64,000 bases of DNA from positions 82,894,001 to 82,958,000 of the forward strand of contig OX597824.1 of the NCBI GenBank assembly GCA_951406725.2. Reading direction: 5' to 3'. The translations under genes and the position numbers were made by a program. Shown one piece after another: positions 14,557-26,207 of this stretch (positions within the stretch are counted from its first letter, which is position 1; every line of letters begins with the position of its first letter). This DNA is from Octopus vulgaris. Lineage: Eukaryota. The notes below the pieces were generated by a model, which worked only from the letters and a program-made list of their open reading frames with translations, was not told the DNA's origin and did no database searches.

Positions 14557-14979
14557 GGATCTTTTCGGTTTGAACAGCAGTTTTTTCTAGCGGTGTCATA
14601 TGAAATTGTCACCCATAATTACGACCCTAGTATCGATCTATTGCATTTCAATCTGTTTTAGGGTTAGGGTTAGAGTAAGGGGTGGGGGAAAGGTATCTTT
14701 TTTTCTTCACAAATGTAAATAAACCCAATCTGTTTCTTAAACGTGGGACATATTCATACGGCACAGAATGTTTTTTTACCTCAATAGACGTCATCGATTG
14801 GTTGAAATTGCAGAAACTGAAGAAAAAAAACAGTAAATATCTTACAAACTATAGAATTTTCTCAATAAAGCCAAGAGAAAAATATGTTTTATAAACACAT
14901 TCTACCAGTATACGAAGTTTAAAATGTTTTAGTTACCTAGAAATTGTGTTAAAAACTGCCGTTCAAACCGAAAAGATCC
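14557..14979. mobile_element. MITE with ~28-bp TIRs and internal TTAGGG repeats (copy 1)
   Basis: GGATCTTTTCGGTTTGAACAGCAGTTTT ... AAAACTGCCGTTCAAACCGAAAAGATCC; a second copy is at 50784-51214. Confidence 0.9.
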
Positions 14980-15216
14980 TAATTCTTTCTAATTTTGGTA
15001 CGAGGCCGGCAATTTGAGGAGAGAGAGAGCAATACGTTAACATCGATTCCAGGTCATTCCTTCGATATAGCTCGACAAGGTCGAGACGTTTCACACTTCG
15101 GGTATTTCCGTGGGTTGTGGAGTATAGATATAACGAAATTATGCCAGCAATGTCTCATTTTAAACTTGGAAGGAAAAAAAGCGTTGCATATTTGTTCTTA
15201 CCTGTTTCAGGTGTGT

Positions 15217-15624
15217 ACTCTCTTTACTCTCTTACTTGTTTCAGTCATTTGACTGCGGCCATGCTGGAGCACCGCCTTTAGTCGAGCAAATCGACCCCGG
15301 GACTTATTCTTTGTAAGCCCAGTACTTATTCTATCGGTCGCTTTTGCCGAACCGCTAAGTGACGGGGACATAAACACACCAGCATCGGTTGTCAAGCAAT
15401 GCAAGGGGGACAAATACAGACACACAAACACACACACACATATATATATATGCATATATACGACGGGCTTCTTTCAGTTTCCGTCTACCAAATCCACTCA
15501 CAAGGCTTTGGTCGGCCCGAGGCTATAGTAGAATACGCTTGCCCAAGGTGCCATGCAGTGGGACTGAACCCGGAACCATGTGGTTCGTAAGCAAGCTACT
15601 TACCACACAGCCACTTCTGCGCCT
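15217..15624 (-). mobile_element. SINE family A, full length
   Basis: Complete head, microsatellite and tail. Confidence 0.92.
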
Positions 15625-16126
15625 GTGTTTATGTAAAATCCGCAAATTTCCAAGCAGAAAACACGATCGAACTGTCATTTGCTTCCACGGAAATACCCGA
15701 AGTGAAGTGTTTTGATTTTGTCGAGTTATATCGAAAGAATGCCAAGGAGGAAAGGCGAAATTGACTTCGGTGGGATTTGAACACAGAACGTAATGAGCTG
15801 GATTTATAATAATCCTTTCTACCATAGGTACAAGGCCTGAACTTTTTGGAGGGGAGCAGGGATCTAGTTGATTACATCGACACTCAAACGGTTCATATTT
15901 CATTGATTTCAATAGAATGAAAGGCGAAACCGACCTCAGTGAAATTTGAACTCAAAATATAAAGATGGACGAAATGCTGGTGAGCAGTAGTAGTTGTGTG
16001 GTAAGAAGCTTGCATCCCAACCACATGGTCCCGAGTTCAGTCCCACTGTACCTTAGGCAAGTCTTCTGCTATAGCCGCCGGTTGACCAAAGCCTTCTGAG
16101 TGGATTTGGTAGACAGAAACTGAAAG

Positions 16127-16609
16127 GTGTCGAGCTGGCAGAAACATTAGCGCGCCGGGTGAAATGCATACCGGTATTTCGTCAGCCGCTACGTTCTGAG
16201 ATCAAATTCCGCCGAGGTCGACTTTGCTTTTCATCCTTTCGGGGTCGATTAAATAGGTAGCAGTTGCGCACTGGGGTCGATGTAATCGACTTAATCCGTT
16301 TGTCTGTCCTTGTTTGTCCTCTCTGTGTTTAGCCACTTGTGGGCAATAAAAAGTAGGTATTTCGTCTGCTGTTATGTTCTGAGTTCAAATTCCGCCGAAG
16401 TCGACTTTGCCTTTCATCCTTTCGGAGTCGATAAATTAAGTACCTTGTTTGTCCCCTCAATGTTTAGCGGTCGACTTTGCTTTTCATCCTTTAAGGGTCG
16501 ATAAAATAAGTAGCAGTTACACACTGGGGTCGATATAATCGACTTAATCCGTAAGTTAGTCCTTGTTTGTCCCCTCTGTGTGTAGCCCCTTGTGGGCAGT
16601 AAAGAAATA
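16127..16609 (+). mobile_element. composite (trimeric) SINE family B inserted in family A
   Basis: One full B unit plus two partial re-copies, flanked by the TSD AGAAACTGAAAG (16115-16126, 16610-16621). Confidence 0.85.
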
Positions 16610-16744
16610 AGAAACTGAAAGAAGCCCGTCTTATGTGTGTGTGTGTGTGTGTTTGTCCCCACCACCGCTTGACAACCGGTGTTGGTGTGTTTACGGCCCT
16701 CGTAACTTAGCTGTTCGGCAAAAGAGACCGACAGAGTAAGTACC

Positions 16745-16993
16745 TGGAGCACCTGGGTCGGCCCAGGGTATATAGTACCGAGTCGGCTCCGCTGGCTACA
16801 GCATTCGCTCCATTCCCCTCGTGCTCTTGCCTTACTCCTCCACATCGTTCCAAACACCTTTCTTAAATCGTCGATCCATCTGACTGGAGGCCTTCAGGGT
16901 GGTTTCTTCCGTTTGCGCGAGTACCACTCGACAGCTGCGTGGGTCCACCGATCGTGTGTGAGCCTTGCTGCATGATCGGCCCATCGTAGCTTT
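16745..16993 (-). mobile_element. RTE-clade LINE 3' fragment
   Basis: Minus strand reads KLRWADHAARLTHDRWTHAAVEWYSRKRKKPP*RPPVRWIDD...W, the RTE C-terminal pattern; TSD GTAAGTACC (16736-16744, 16994-17002). Confidence 0.8.
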
Positions 16994-17191
16994 GTAAGTA
17001 CCAGGTTTTATAAATATAAGTACTGGGGGTCGATACATTCGACTAAAATTTCAAGGCGGGACCCCAGCATGGCCGCAGTCAAATGACTGAAGCAACTAAA
17101 AGATAAAAGAGGAAAAATGAAGCATTTAGTTTGGCTACCAATGATCCTTCCAGCTGCCACCTTTATGTTGAACAGTCGTAATGCACTGTTA

Positions 17192-17950
17192 TTACTGAGA
17201 ACCTCCTCCAATATGTGGCACTTGGTGAAGAATGGAGTTTGACATAACTACCCTCATTTGCACCTCTTGCCGTGAGGTAGGTTCATCTGGGACTCTCGAC
17301 AGGAAGAGGTCCAGCTTTGATTTAAAAACGCCTACATCTACTTTGTGCAGGTTCCTCAGGCTCTTTGGGAGAATATTAAAAAGCTGTGTGCCCTTAAAAC
17401 CCAGGCTGTTGCAGTAACTAGTCCTGAAGCGCGATGGCGTTGCTGGGATCTTTGGCACTATGCAGTGTCGTCCAGTTCTGACATTGGTGTAGCTTTCAAT
17501 GCCAAAATTTGGCACAATTCCTTCCAGGATCTTCCAGATGTATATTACTGCATACCCCTCTCGCCTTCTCTCCAGGGAGTACAGTCTTAGCTGTTTCGGC
17601 CTTTCCCAGTAACTGAGCAGTTTCAAAGGGGCGATCTTCTTTGTGAATCTTCTCTGGATTGCTTCAAGGTCCGCTGTTAATTTTACAAAGCTGTGAGCAG
17701 TAATCCAGGCGGCTGAGCACGAATGTCCTCCAGAGGACCATCATGGTTTCCTTATCTCTGGTTCTGAATGTTCTCAGGATCCATCCAGCCAGTCGTCTGC
17801 ACTTTGTCGCCATCCTGGTAATGTGTACTTGGAAAGAGGTATCATCACTCATGACGATACCCAGATCCCTCGCTGATTTAGGCTCTGGGATTGAAATTTC
17901 CTGTGGACCAGTGTAGCCTGTAAGTTTCATATTCAGTTTTGGGCGCTGGT
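17192..17950 (-). mobile_element. CR1-group LINE ORF2 C-terminal fragment, decayed
   Basis: ARDLGIVMS...SRLDYCSQL, then LSYWER..L.LYSLERRR and FKSKLDLFL, across a frameshift. Confidence 0.85.
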
Positions 17951-18367
17951 AGTTATGAGATCGTATGCAGCCTTTTACATTTTGAGTTCAAATTCCACCG
18001 AGGTCAACTTTGCCTATCATTCTTGAAGAGTCGATAAAATAATATACTAGGTCAACTTTGCCTATCATTCTTAAAGAGTCGATAAAATAATATACTAAGT
18101 CAAATACTGGAGCCGACGTTATAAATGACTAATACCACTCTTTTAAATCTGTCAGGCGTTTTCTTTTATCGAAGGATGGAAAGCAAAGTTGACCTCAGCG
18201 GGACTTGAACCGGAGTATTTTGCACAGTGCTGGATTAACACATTAAGCAAAATAAGCAGGTGTTTAGGGTATCAAGGGATGGGGTCACCAAAGAAATGAA
18301 TCCCTTTGTCTGCCCTTGTTTGTCCCCTCTATGTTTAGCCCCTTATGATCAATAAATAAATATTTAA

Positions 18368-18575
18368 GGCTGCGAGCTGGTAGAAACGTTAGCACGCTGG
18401 GCGAAATGCTTAGCGGTATTTCGTCTGTCTTTACGTTCTGAATTCAAATTCCGCCGAGGTCAACTTTGCCTTTCATCCTCTCGGATGTACCAGTTGCAAA
18501 CTGGGGTCGATATAATCGCCTGGCGCCCTCCCCAAAAATTTCGGGCTTCGTGTCTAGAATAAAAAAGAAAAGAAT
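18368..18575 (+). mobile_element. SINE family B variant with a different 3' end
   Basis: GAGCTGGTAGAAACGTTAG head, GAATTCAAATTCC B-box-like motif, GCCTTTCATCC domain; the tail differs from the other B copies. Confidence 0.75.
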
Positions 18576-18600
18576 ATTTGGGATCTCATATCTCTACAAA

Positions 18601-18911
18601 TGGAGGGACATGGCCTAGTGGTTAGAGCAGCGGACTCGGGGTCGAGGTATCGCGGGTTCGAATCTCAGAATAGGTGATGTGTGTTTTTGAGCGAAACATC
18701 TAAAGCTCTACGCGGCTCCGGCAGATGATAATGGCGAACTTCTGCTGACTCTTTCGCCACAACTTACTCTCACTCTTTCCTCCTGCATCCTGGAGCTCAC
18801 CTGCGACTGACCGGCGTCCCGTCCAGGTAGGGAACCTCTACGCCAATGAAACCAGGAAACCAGCCCTTATGAGCCAGGCATGGCTCGAGAAAGAACAAAC
18901 AACAAAAACAA
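18601..18911 (+). mobile_element. SINE family D (family C head and body, different tail)
   Basis: A box TGGCCTAGTGG, B box GGTTCGAATC, (AAC)n-like tail, TSD CATATCTCTAC (18587-18597, 18912-18922). Confidence 0.88.
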
Positions 18912-18974
18912 CATATCTCTACCAAATACGGAAGCAGAAGTTTAACGAAAAATTAATTTTAACGATATCATCAA

Positions 18975-19478
18975 ACACTTTGCAATTAAAAAGAAAATGA
19001 AGAAAACTTCTCAAATATAAATAAAATGGAAGCATACAAAAATAAACATTGTTCTCCATCTTACTGTGAATTTTGTTTCATTTTGAAAAATAAACATTTA
19101 TTTTATGGTTTATTATTAGCTGTTTCGGCCTTTCCCAGTAACTGAGCAGTTTCAAAGGGGCGATCTTCTTTGTGAATCTTCTCTGGATTGCTTCAAGGTC
19201 CGCTGTTAATTTTACAAAGCTGTGAGCAGTAATCCAGGCGGCTGAGCACGAATGTCCTCCAGAGGACCATCATGGTTTCCTTATCTCTGGTTCTGAATGT
19301 TCTCAGGATCCATCCAGCCAGTCGTCTGCACTTTGTCGCCATCCTGGTAATGTGTACTTGGAAAGAGGTATCATCACTCATGAGTTATTTTTGTTTACAT
19401 TTTGAACCATTTACATATACTTCAGGGCACCAAAACCTTTTAAGTCTTCGGGCCTCTATGGGTCTTAATCCGGCCCTG
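18975..19478. mobile_element. hAT-like DNA transposon end, hosting the copied LINE segment
   Basis: Ends TAATCCGGCCCTG (reverse complement CAGGGCCGGATTA); the AT-rich body resembles 23595-23670. Confidence 0.5.
19116..19383 (-). repeat. exact 268-bp copy of 17587-17854 (CR1-group fragment)
   Basis: Identical by eye, including the lesion after YCSQL. Confidence 0.92.
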
Positions 19479-19578
19479 ATTTTAGTCGAAGAAATAGACC
19501 CCAGGACTTATTCTTTGTAAGCCTAATACTTACTCTATCAGTTTATCTCTTTGAAAATCAAAGAAAAAGAAGATATCT

Positions 19579-19900
19579 ATGGACAACTGCTTCGAAACCT
19601 CCAGCTTCAATATCCAGATATATGAATTCATATTCATACCAATAATAATTGGAGCATTAGGTTTTGTTGGTAAATACTTAAATGAGAATCTGGATAAACT
19701 GGGATTTTCAGAAAGAGAAGTCGACTGGCTAATTCGTACCTTACAAGTGCAAAGTGTGAGTGGAACATTAAAAATATGCAAGACTTTTCTCAAGTTCCAA
19801 ATGTGAATTTGTCTGTGTTAACTACATCCCAAAGATGGAGGCTTGTATCTCTGTTGGAAACCGGCTACTTCCTCGGTGGAAGATTTATAATAATTAAAAA
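19579..19900 (+). mobile_element. 3' end of a restriction-like-endonuclease (R2/R4-group) LINE
   Basis: FIPIIIGALG...LQVQSVSGTLKICKTFLKF*, then a short UTR and A-rich end. PIIIGALG is the motif that follows the RLE domain. Confidence 0.7.
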
Positions 19901-19934
19901 ATAGAGGAGACATTTACATACGTTCTTGAATTTT

Positions 19935-20152
19935 TTTACTTGTTTCAGTCATTTGACTGAAGCCATGCTGGAGCACCACCTTGAAGGGTTTTTGTCGAAG
20001 AAATTGACCCCAGCCCGTATTCTTTGTAAGCCTTGTACTTATTCTATCGGTCTCTTTTGTTGGACTGCTAGCTTATAGGAACGTAAACACACCAATGGTG
20101 GATGAACAAACACAGACACAAAGCGACGCACACACATAAATATACGCATAGA

Positions 20153-20219
<67 letters not shown>

Positions 20220-20370
20220 GCGATGAGATTCTTTCCGTTTCCGTCTAACAAATCCACTCACAAGGCTTTGGTCGACCCAAGGCTATAATAGAAGACACTT
20301 GCGCTAGGTGTCACGTAATGGGACTGAACTCGGAACCATATGGTTGGGAAGCAAGCTTCTTACCACACAC
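19935..20370 (-). mobile_element. SINE family A, diverged
   Basis: Tail, CA/TA tract and head are recognisable. Confidence 0.88.
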
Positions 20371-20844
20371 TTATACCTGTGTGTCTCTGTATCTGTATCT
20401 GTGTTTGGCTGCCCCCACCACTGCTTTACAACTGGTGTCGGTGTGTTTACGTCACCGTAACTTAGCAGTTCGGCAAAAGAATCCGATAGAATAATTTTTT
20501 TTTTTTTTTTGTTAGTGGAATAAAATATGCTGGGGTCGATTCGTTCGACTAAAAAATACTTTAAGGCGCTGCCCCAGCATGACCTCAGTATCGCAGTCTA
20601 AAGACCGAAACACTTATACCTGTGTGTCTCTGTATCTGTGTTTGGCTGCCCCTACCACTGCTTTACAACCGGTGTCGGTGTGTTTACGTCACCGTAACTT
20701 AGCAGTTCGGCAAAAGAATCCGATAGAATAGTTTTTTTTTTTTGTTAGTGGAATAAAATGTGCTGGGGGTCGATTCGTTCGACTATAAAATACTTTAAGG
20801 CGCTGCCCCAGCATGACCGCAGTATCGCAGTCTAAAGACCGAAA
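20368..20844 (+). repeat. tandem duplication (~240 bp) of a family A 3' half
   Basis: Two units, each running ACACTTATACCTGTG ... CTAAAGACCGAAAC, sharing private mutations. Confidence 0.88.
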
Positions 20845-21194
20845 CGAGTCAACGACAAAAAAAAAAAAAGATCTTTCGGGGCTAATTTTTTTTTCGCAAA
20901 GGACCATAAACTTCGGATGCGGTTCTCACCAGAAATCTTTCTTTGAATCTCGAAATTATTTCGGATGGCAAACACACATCAAAGGTCTCGGCAACCGTAA
21001 AGTTGTTTATCCATTGATTTATTACAGGTTTTCATCGGCTTCATTTTTTTCCAGAAATATCTGTAGTTAAGGCGTTCGATAAGCAGCTGCTTTCACTTCT
21101 CTAGAAACAGCTGTATTTTGTTGTTGTATCTGTTGTTATTGTAACAGTTGTTTGTTTCATGCATTTACTGAAGAACTGTGCTACTGCTGCTGCT

Positions 21195-21505
21195 GTCTTC
21201 TTCTTCTTCTTCTTCTTCTTCTTCTTCTTCTTCTTCTTCTTCTTCTTCTTCTTCCTATTCTTCTTCTTCCTCTTCTTCCTCCTCTTCTTCCTCCTCTTCT
21301 TCCTATTCTTCTTCTTCCTCCTCATCCTCCTCATCCTCCTCTTCTTCTTCTTCTTCTTCCTCCTCCTCCTCCTCTTCTTCTTCTTCTTCCTCCTCCTCCT
21401 CCTCTTCTTCTTCTTCTTCCTCCTCCTCCTCCTCTTCTTCTTCTTCTTCTTCCCCTCCTCCTACTTCTTCCCCTCCTCCTACTTCTTCTCCTCCTCCTCC
21501 TCCTC
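21195..21505. repeat. (CTT)n/(CCT)n trinucleotide tract
   Basis: Tandem repeat. Confidence 0.96.
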
Positions 21506-21530
21506 TTTCACCCGGCGTGCAAACGTTTCT

Positions 21531-21761
21531 TATTTCTTTATAGCCGACAAGGGACTAAACATAGAAGGGACAAACAAGGACAGACAAACGGACTAAGTCG
21601 ATTATATCGACCCCAGTGCGTAACTAGTACTTAATTTATCGACCCCGAAAGGATGAAAGGCAAAGTCGACCTCAGCGGAATTTGAACTCAGAACGTAACG
21701 GCAGACGAAATACCGCTAAGCATTTCGCCCGGCGTGCTAACATTTCTGCCAGCTCGCCGCC
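21531..21761 (-). mobile_element. SINE family B, full length
   Basis: GGCGGCGAGCTGGCAG head, GAGTTCAAATTCC B box, GTCGACTTTGCCTTTCATCCTTTCGGGGTCGATAAA central domain (resembles Meta/MESC-type domains, from memory), AAAGAAATA tail. Confidence 0.9.
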
Positions 21762-22041
21762 TTTGATCACCAACTGTCGTATTAAAGCTGACTTGTGACA
21801 AAATAATTCAAGTAAACGCAGTGGATGAATCTATGGATGAAACACAGGAAGAATCTATGGAAGACGACGTGATAACAAACATAGATTCTAGATGCCACTC
21901 TTTTGTCTAAAACAGGGGTTCTCAACCATTTTTTTTTTATCTAGAGACCCCTTTGATTACTATTTTATTCAGGTGGATCCCCATACCCATTCGATGTTTA
22001 AAAACTAGTTTTATAGAAGCATCTTTCAAAATTCCTATTTC

Positions 22042-22777
22042 GTGGTAAGTAGCTTGCTAAACAATCACATGGTTCCGGGTTCAGTCCCACTGCGTGGCAT
22101 CTTGGGCAAGTATCTTCTGCTATAGCCCCGGGCCGACCAATGCCTTGTGAGTGGACTTGGTAGACGGAAACTGAAAGAAGCCTGTCGTATATATGTATAT
22201 ATATATGTATGTGTGTGTGTGTGTTTGTGTGTCTGTGTGTTTGTGTGTCTGTGTTTGTCCCCCTGGCATTGCTTGACAACCGATGCTGGTGTGTTTACGT
22301 CCCCGTCACTTAGCGGTTCGGCAAAAGAGACTGTTAGAATAAGTACTGGGCTTACAAAGAATAAGTCCCGGGGTCGATTTGCTCGACTAAAGGCGGTGCT
22401 CCAGCATGGCCGCAGTCAAACGACTGAAACAAGTAAAAGAGTAAAAGAGAATATTAGTCTGTTGAACTATGGGTGCGGGCGTGGCTGCGTGGTAAGAGGC
22501 TTTCTTCTCAATCACATGGTTCAGTCCTACTGCGTGGCACCTTGGGCAAGTGTCTTCTACTATAGCCTCGGGCCGACCAAAGCCTTGTGAGTGGATTTGA
22601 TAGAAGGAAACTGAAATGAGCCCGTCATGTGTGTGTATGTGTGTGTGTGTCCGTAAGTTAGTGGTTCGGCAAAAGAGAACGATGGAATAAGTAACTAGGC
22701 ATACAAAGAATAAGTCCTGGGGTCGATTTCTTCGACTAAAACATTTTAAGGCGGTGCTCTAGCATAGGCGCAGTCAA
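22042..22777 (+). mobile_element. two tandem SINE family A copies
   Basis: 22042-22450 is well preserved; 22474-22777 is diverged. Confidence 0.9.
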
Positions 22778-23983
22778 ATTTCAAGTTAATTTCACGTTTA
22801 TTTCACAGTCAACTGGAACCCTCATCGTCGTAACCGACGGAGTACCAATTGTACGGACCAGATAATAGGAAAACAAAACTGTAGCCTTGTCTTGAACCGT
22901 TGATAAGATCCATGCTTTGGAAATTACCACGATTGAATGCCAGGCATATAATTCTGGTCATTAACCAAAAAAAAAAAACTGTTCAGTAGCCTCCATCGAA
23001 TTGGCTACAGAACAATTTCTAAAATCAGACTTCTGAAAAGGTTGCTTTTGATCTTGGGTAACTGCGCCTTATCAGAGTCAAAGATATTTCTGCAGGTATT
23101 TTCTGCAACTGACAGCAAATCTCCAGTGCGCAACTTGTTTGAAGTGTAAGAAAGTTAGCATGTTTTAAAAGTCTGTAGTTCCTCAAAAGAACTGGTGAAT
23201 TTTGTCTTTTTCCTGTGGCAACACTTGCTTGCATATCTACCTTGTTAAAATGCTTTATACTTATCCAATCACCGAGCTTCACTAAAGGGTCACGTTGACA
23301 GTTCTGAACCGTTATTGCCTTGTCAGTGAACAGGTCGCGGTCTCAAAGCGACGAAAATATTTTTTGACAAATTAAATTTAAATGTTGAAGTGAATCTAAC
23401 GGTTTTGTGTGTTTCTTAATTGGCTTATAAACACCTTCCACGCTGCAATTGTTTTCGTTCCAGCACACGATCTCAGATCAAGTCACTCACTATGGAAGTA
23501 CATCTCCGTAATATTATATTCCAAGTGGTTTATATGATCGGAGATTTAATTTCAAAAGTGTTCATGGTGTCTTGGTGAGGGTCTGATCAAAGATTTTGCA
23601 ATTAAAAAAACAGAGAAAACGTTTCAAATATAAATAAAGTGGAAGTATACAAAAGTAAACATTATTTTCCGTCTACCAAATCCACTCACAAGGTTTTAAT
23701 CGGCCCGAGGCTATAGTAGAAGACACTTGCCCGAGGTGCCACGCAGTGGGACTGAACCCGGAACTATGTGGTTGGGAAGCAAACTTGATCTTTGGGTATA
23801 TGTCCACTGGTATGCTAATTAAAAGCACATTCGCCGTTTGGGCTACCCACATACTACGAGCGAGTACAACATACGAAGAGGAACTCGGTCTATGTTGTAG
23901 GATATCTTTTACCACCAAACAACTGAGGTAACACAGTCTGCAACACAACTAGATGCACAATACCCGTAAGAGACATCTGCAGG

Positions 23984-24227
23984 CAGGGCCGGCTCAAGGT
24001 ACCGGCAACTCGGGCGGTCACCCGGGGTGCCATGTACTTTTTAGACTACATTTTCGGCTTTTCTCTTTGTGAAAGTTTTAAAAAATTATACTTGTAAGGG
24101 TGCCGAAGCTCAGCTTGCCCGGAGCGCCAGCAACCCTAGGGCCTGCTGTGGCTTCAGGATGGATCGAAACCATTGTTGTATTGAATAGCGATTCGTACCA
24201 AATCCATTTTCCGTTTCCCTCATCAAT

Positions 24228-24260
<33 letters not shown>

Positions 24261-24651
24261 ATGTGTGTGTGTGTGTGTGTGTGTGTGCATGTGTGTGTGT
24301 GTGTGTTCAGAATTGGCCTAAGGTACCCGGCAACTCGGGCAGTCTCCCGAGGCGCCTTATGCTAGGGGGTGCCAAGGAGGGCGCGACATAGACAAGGAAA
24401 TTTCCACGACCGTGAGCTTGTACACGCCGAAGTTTAGCTTGCCTGGGTCGCCAGCAACCTGCCTGGGGCGCCAGCAACCCTAGGGCCGGTTCTGGCCTAA
24501 GGTACCCGGCAACTCGGGCAGTCTCCCGAGGCGCCTTGTGCTAGGGGGTTCCAAGGAGGGCGCGACATAGACAAGGAAATTTCCACGACCGTGAGCTTGT
24601 ACACGCCGAAGTTTAGCATGCCTGGGGCGCCAGCAACCCTAGGGCCGGCCC
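23984..24651. mobile_element. cluster of three hAT-like GC-rich MITE units
   Basis: 23984-24149 starts CAGGGCCGGC; 24315-24490 and 24494-24651 are tandem copies; the last ends CCCTAGGGCCGGCCCT. Confidence 0.75.
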
Positions 24652-24661
24652 TCTGTGTGTG

Positions 24662-24705
<44 letters not shown>

Positions 24706-25221
24706 CGTACATAATAAATACAAACATACATACATACATACATACATACATACATACATACATACATACATACATACATACATACATACATACACACATA
24801 CATACATACATATGTAAGTATGTCGTTCAGGTAAGCACAAGTATATATATATATATATATACGTTTAACGATAGCATCAAAAATAGGTTAGTAGCTGACT
24901 ACTGGGAAACTATCTTTTATGAGTTTCAACGAATTACATACACTTACTTGTTGCTTGACTAATATTACTTGATTAACAAAATATCATCATAAAACAACGT
25001 TCACGGGCCATCAACTTACAGTAGGGTGTGCCAGTGTTTCTCGTTACATTACGACTGTAAATATTTACTGTTTTCGAGGCAGAATGTCAATTGCTTCAGT
25101 CTAGTCGTTTAGTTTCGTTCTTTCAGAAGGTATTGCATATATTTCCAACGAATTATAAACAATCTTTATTGTGGAAAAAAATAATAATAAAACGATTTAG
25201 CTTATTTAGATGCCATCATAA

Positions 25222-25619
25222 TCTCTCTCTATATATAAAGCTGAAGTTGTCTTTGTATGGCAGGTTTGGTAGCCTTTAACTAACACTATCTCCTCCGAGA
25301 CCCTGCGGCGCGAGTTGACCAAAATTGAGAGTATGATAAAGAAGGTTTGCTCTTCATTCCGTAGAAGAAAAAATTCAAATCGAACCATGTTAACACAAAA
25401 AATTATTTACATCAAAAAGGTGTGGTTTTATCTATGAAAATCCCTATTTTTTTACGATTTTTTGACTGCTGTGTCGCCATTTTTCGGTGTATTTCAACCA
25501 AAAAAATGTTCACTTAAAAGAGAATAACAAGCCAAATAATGCAAAAATTTTACTTGTCAAAAAAATTCCAATTCTAAAGGGTCGAAACGAACCCGAGCAA
25601 CGCCGGGCTATACTGCTAG
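25222..25619 (+). mobile_element. non-autonomous Helitron (body type 2)
   Basis: 5' A|TC..TATATATAAAG; 3' CCCGAGCAACGCCGGG hairpin plus CTAG|T; a second copy is at 56155-56515. Confidence 0.88.
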
Positions 25620-25967
25620 TAAGTGATAAGACCAAAGAGAAAGAAGCAAAATTTCCTCTTAATTCTCCAAAATCGCTCGTTAATCAAACACGACATTGAA
25701 TAATGGTAAATGTAAATTTTTCTACTGAATTTCTCTGTATTCTAAGCTATCAAATTAGCCATAACAAAACTGCATTCTGACCCCTTGCGTTTAACTCCAC
25801 TTAGAGAAATGCCTGCACTTTCTGACTGATCCTTATCTCGTATGACATGTTTGTTCGCTTATTATTCTTCGTGCGTTCTTTGCTTCTATGAAAGGATAAA
25901 AACCTCTAATTAATGCTCAGTTTCCGTTCTAGGAGGAAGCTGGAACGGTAATCAATGTCTTAAAAAT

Positions 25968-26207
25968 GTCTTTAAAAAAGGCGAGCTGGCAGAAACGTTA
26001 GCGCGCCGGACGAAATGCTGAGCGGTATTTCGTCTGCCGCTACGTTCTGAGTTCAAATTCCGCCGAGGTCGACTTTGCCTTTCATCCTTTCGGGGTCGAT
26101 AAATTAAGTACCTGTTACGCACTGGGGTCGATGTAATCGACTTAATACCTATGTCTGTCCTTGTTTGTCCCCTCTATGTTTAGCCCCCTGTGGGTAATAA
26201 AGAAATA
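25968..26207 (+). mobile_element. SINE family B, full length
   Basis: 21-bp TSD GGTAATCAATGTCTTAAAAAT (25947-25967, 26208-26228). Confidence 0.93.

Larger units (their letters stand above)
15985..17110 (+). mobile_element. old SINE family A split by two nested insertions
   Basis: Head 15985-16126, middle 16610-16744 and tail 16994-17110 rejoin into one copy. Confidence 0.85.

Noticed and set aside
21101-21634. Poly-K/S/L/F ORFs; also poly-M and poly-I at 45340-45907
   Set aside because: Trinucleotide microsatellites with no splice or coding context.
22860-23300. 85-aa minus-strand ORF (23025-23282) as a host exon or transposase
   Set aside because: No recognisable motif or convincing splice sites.
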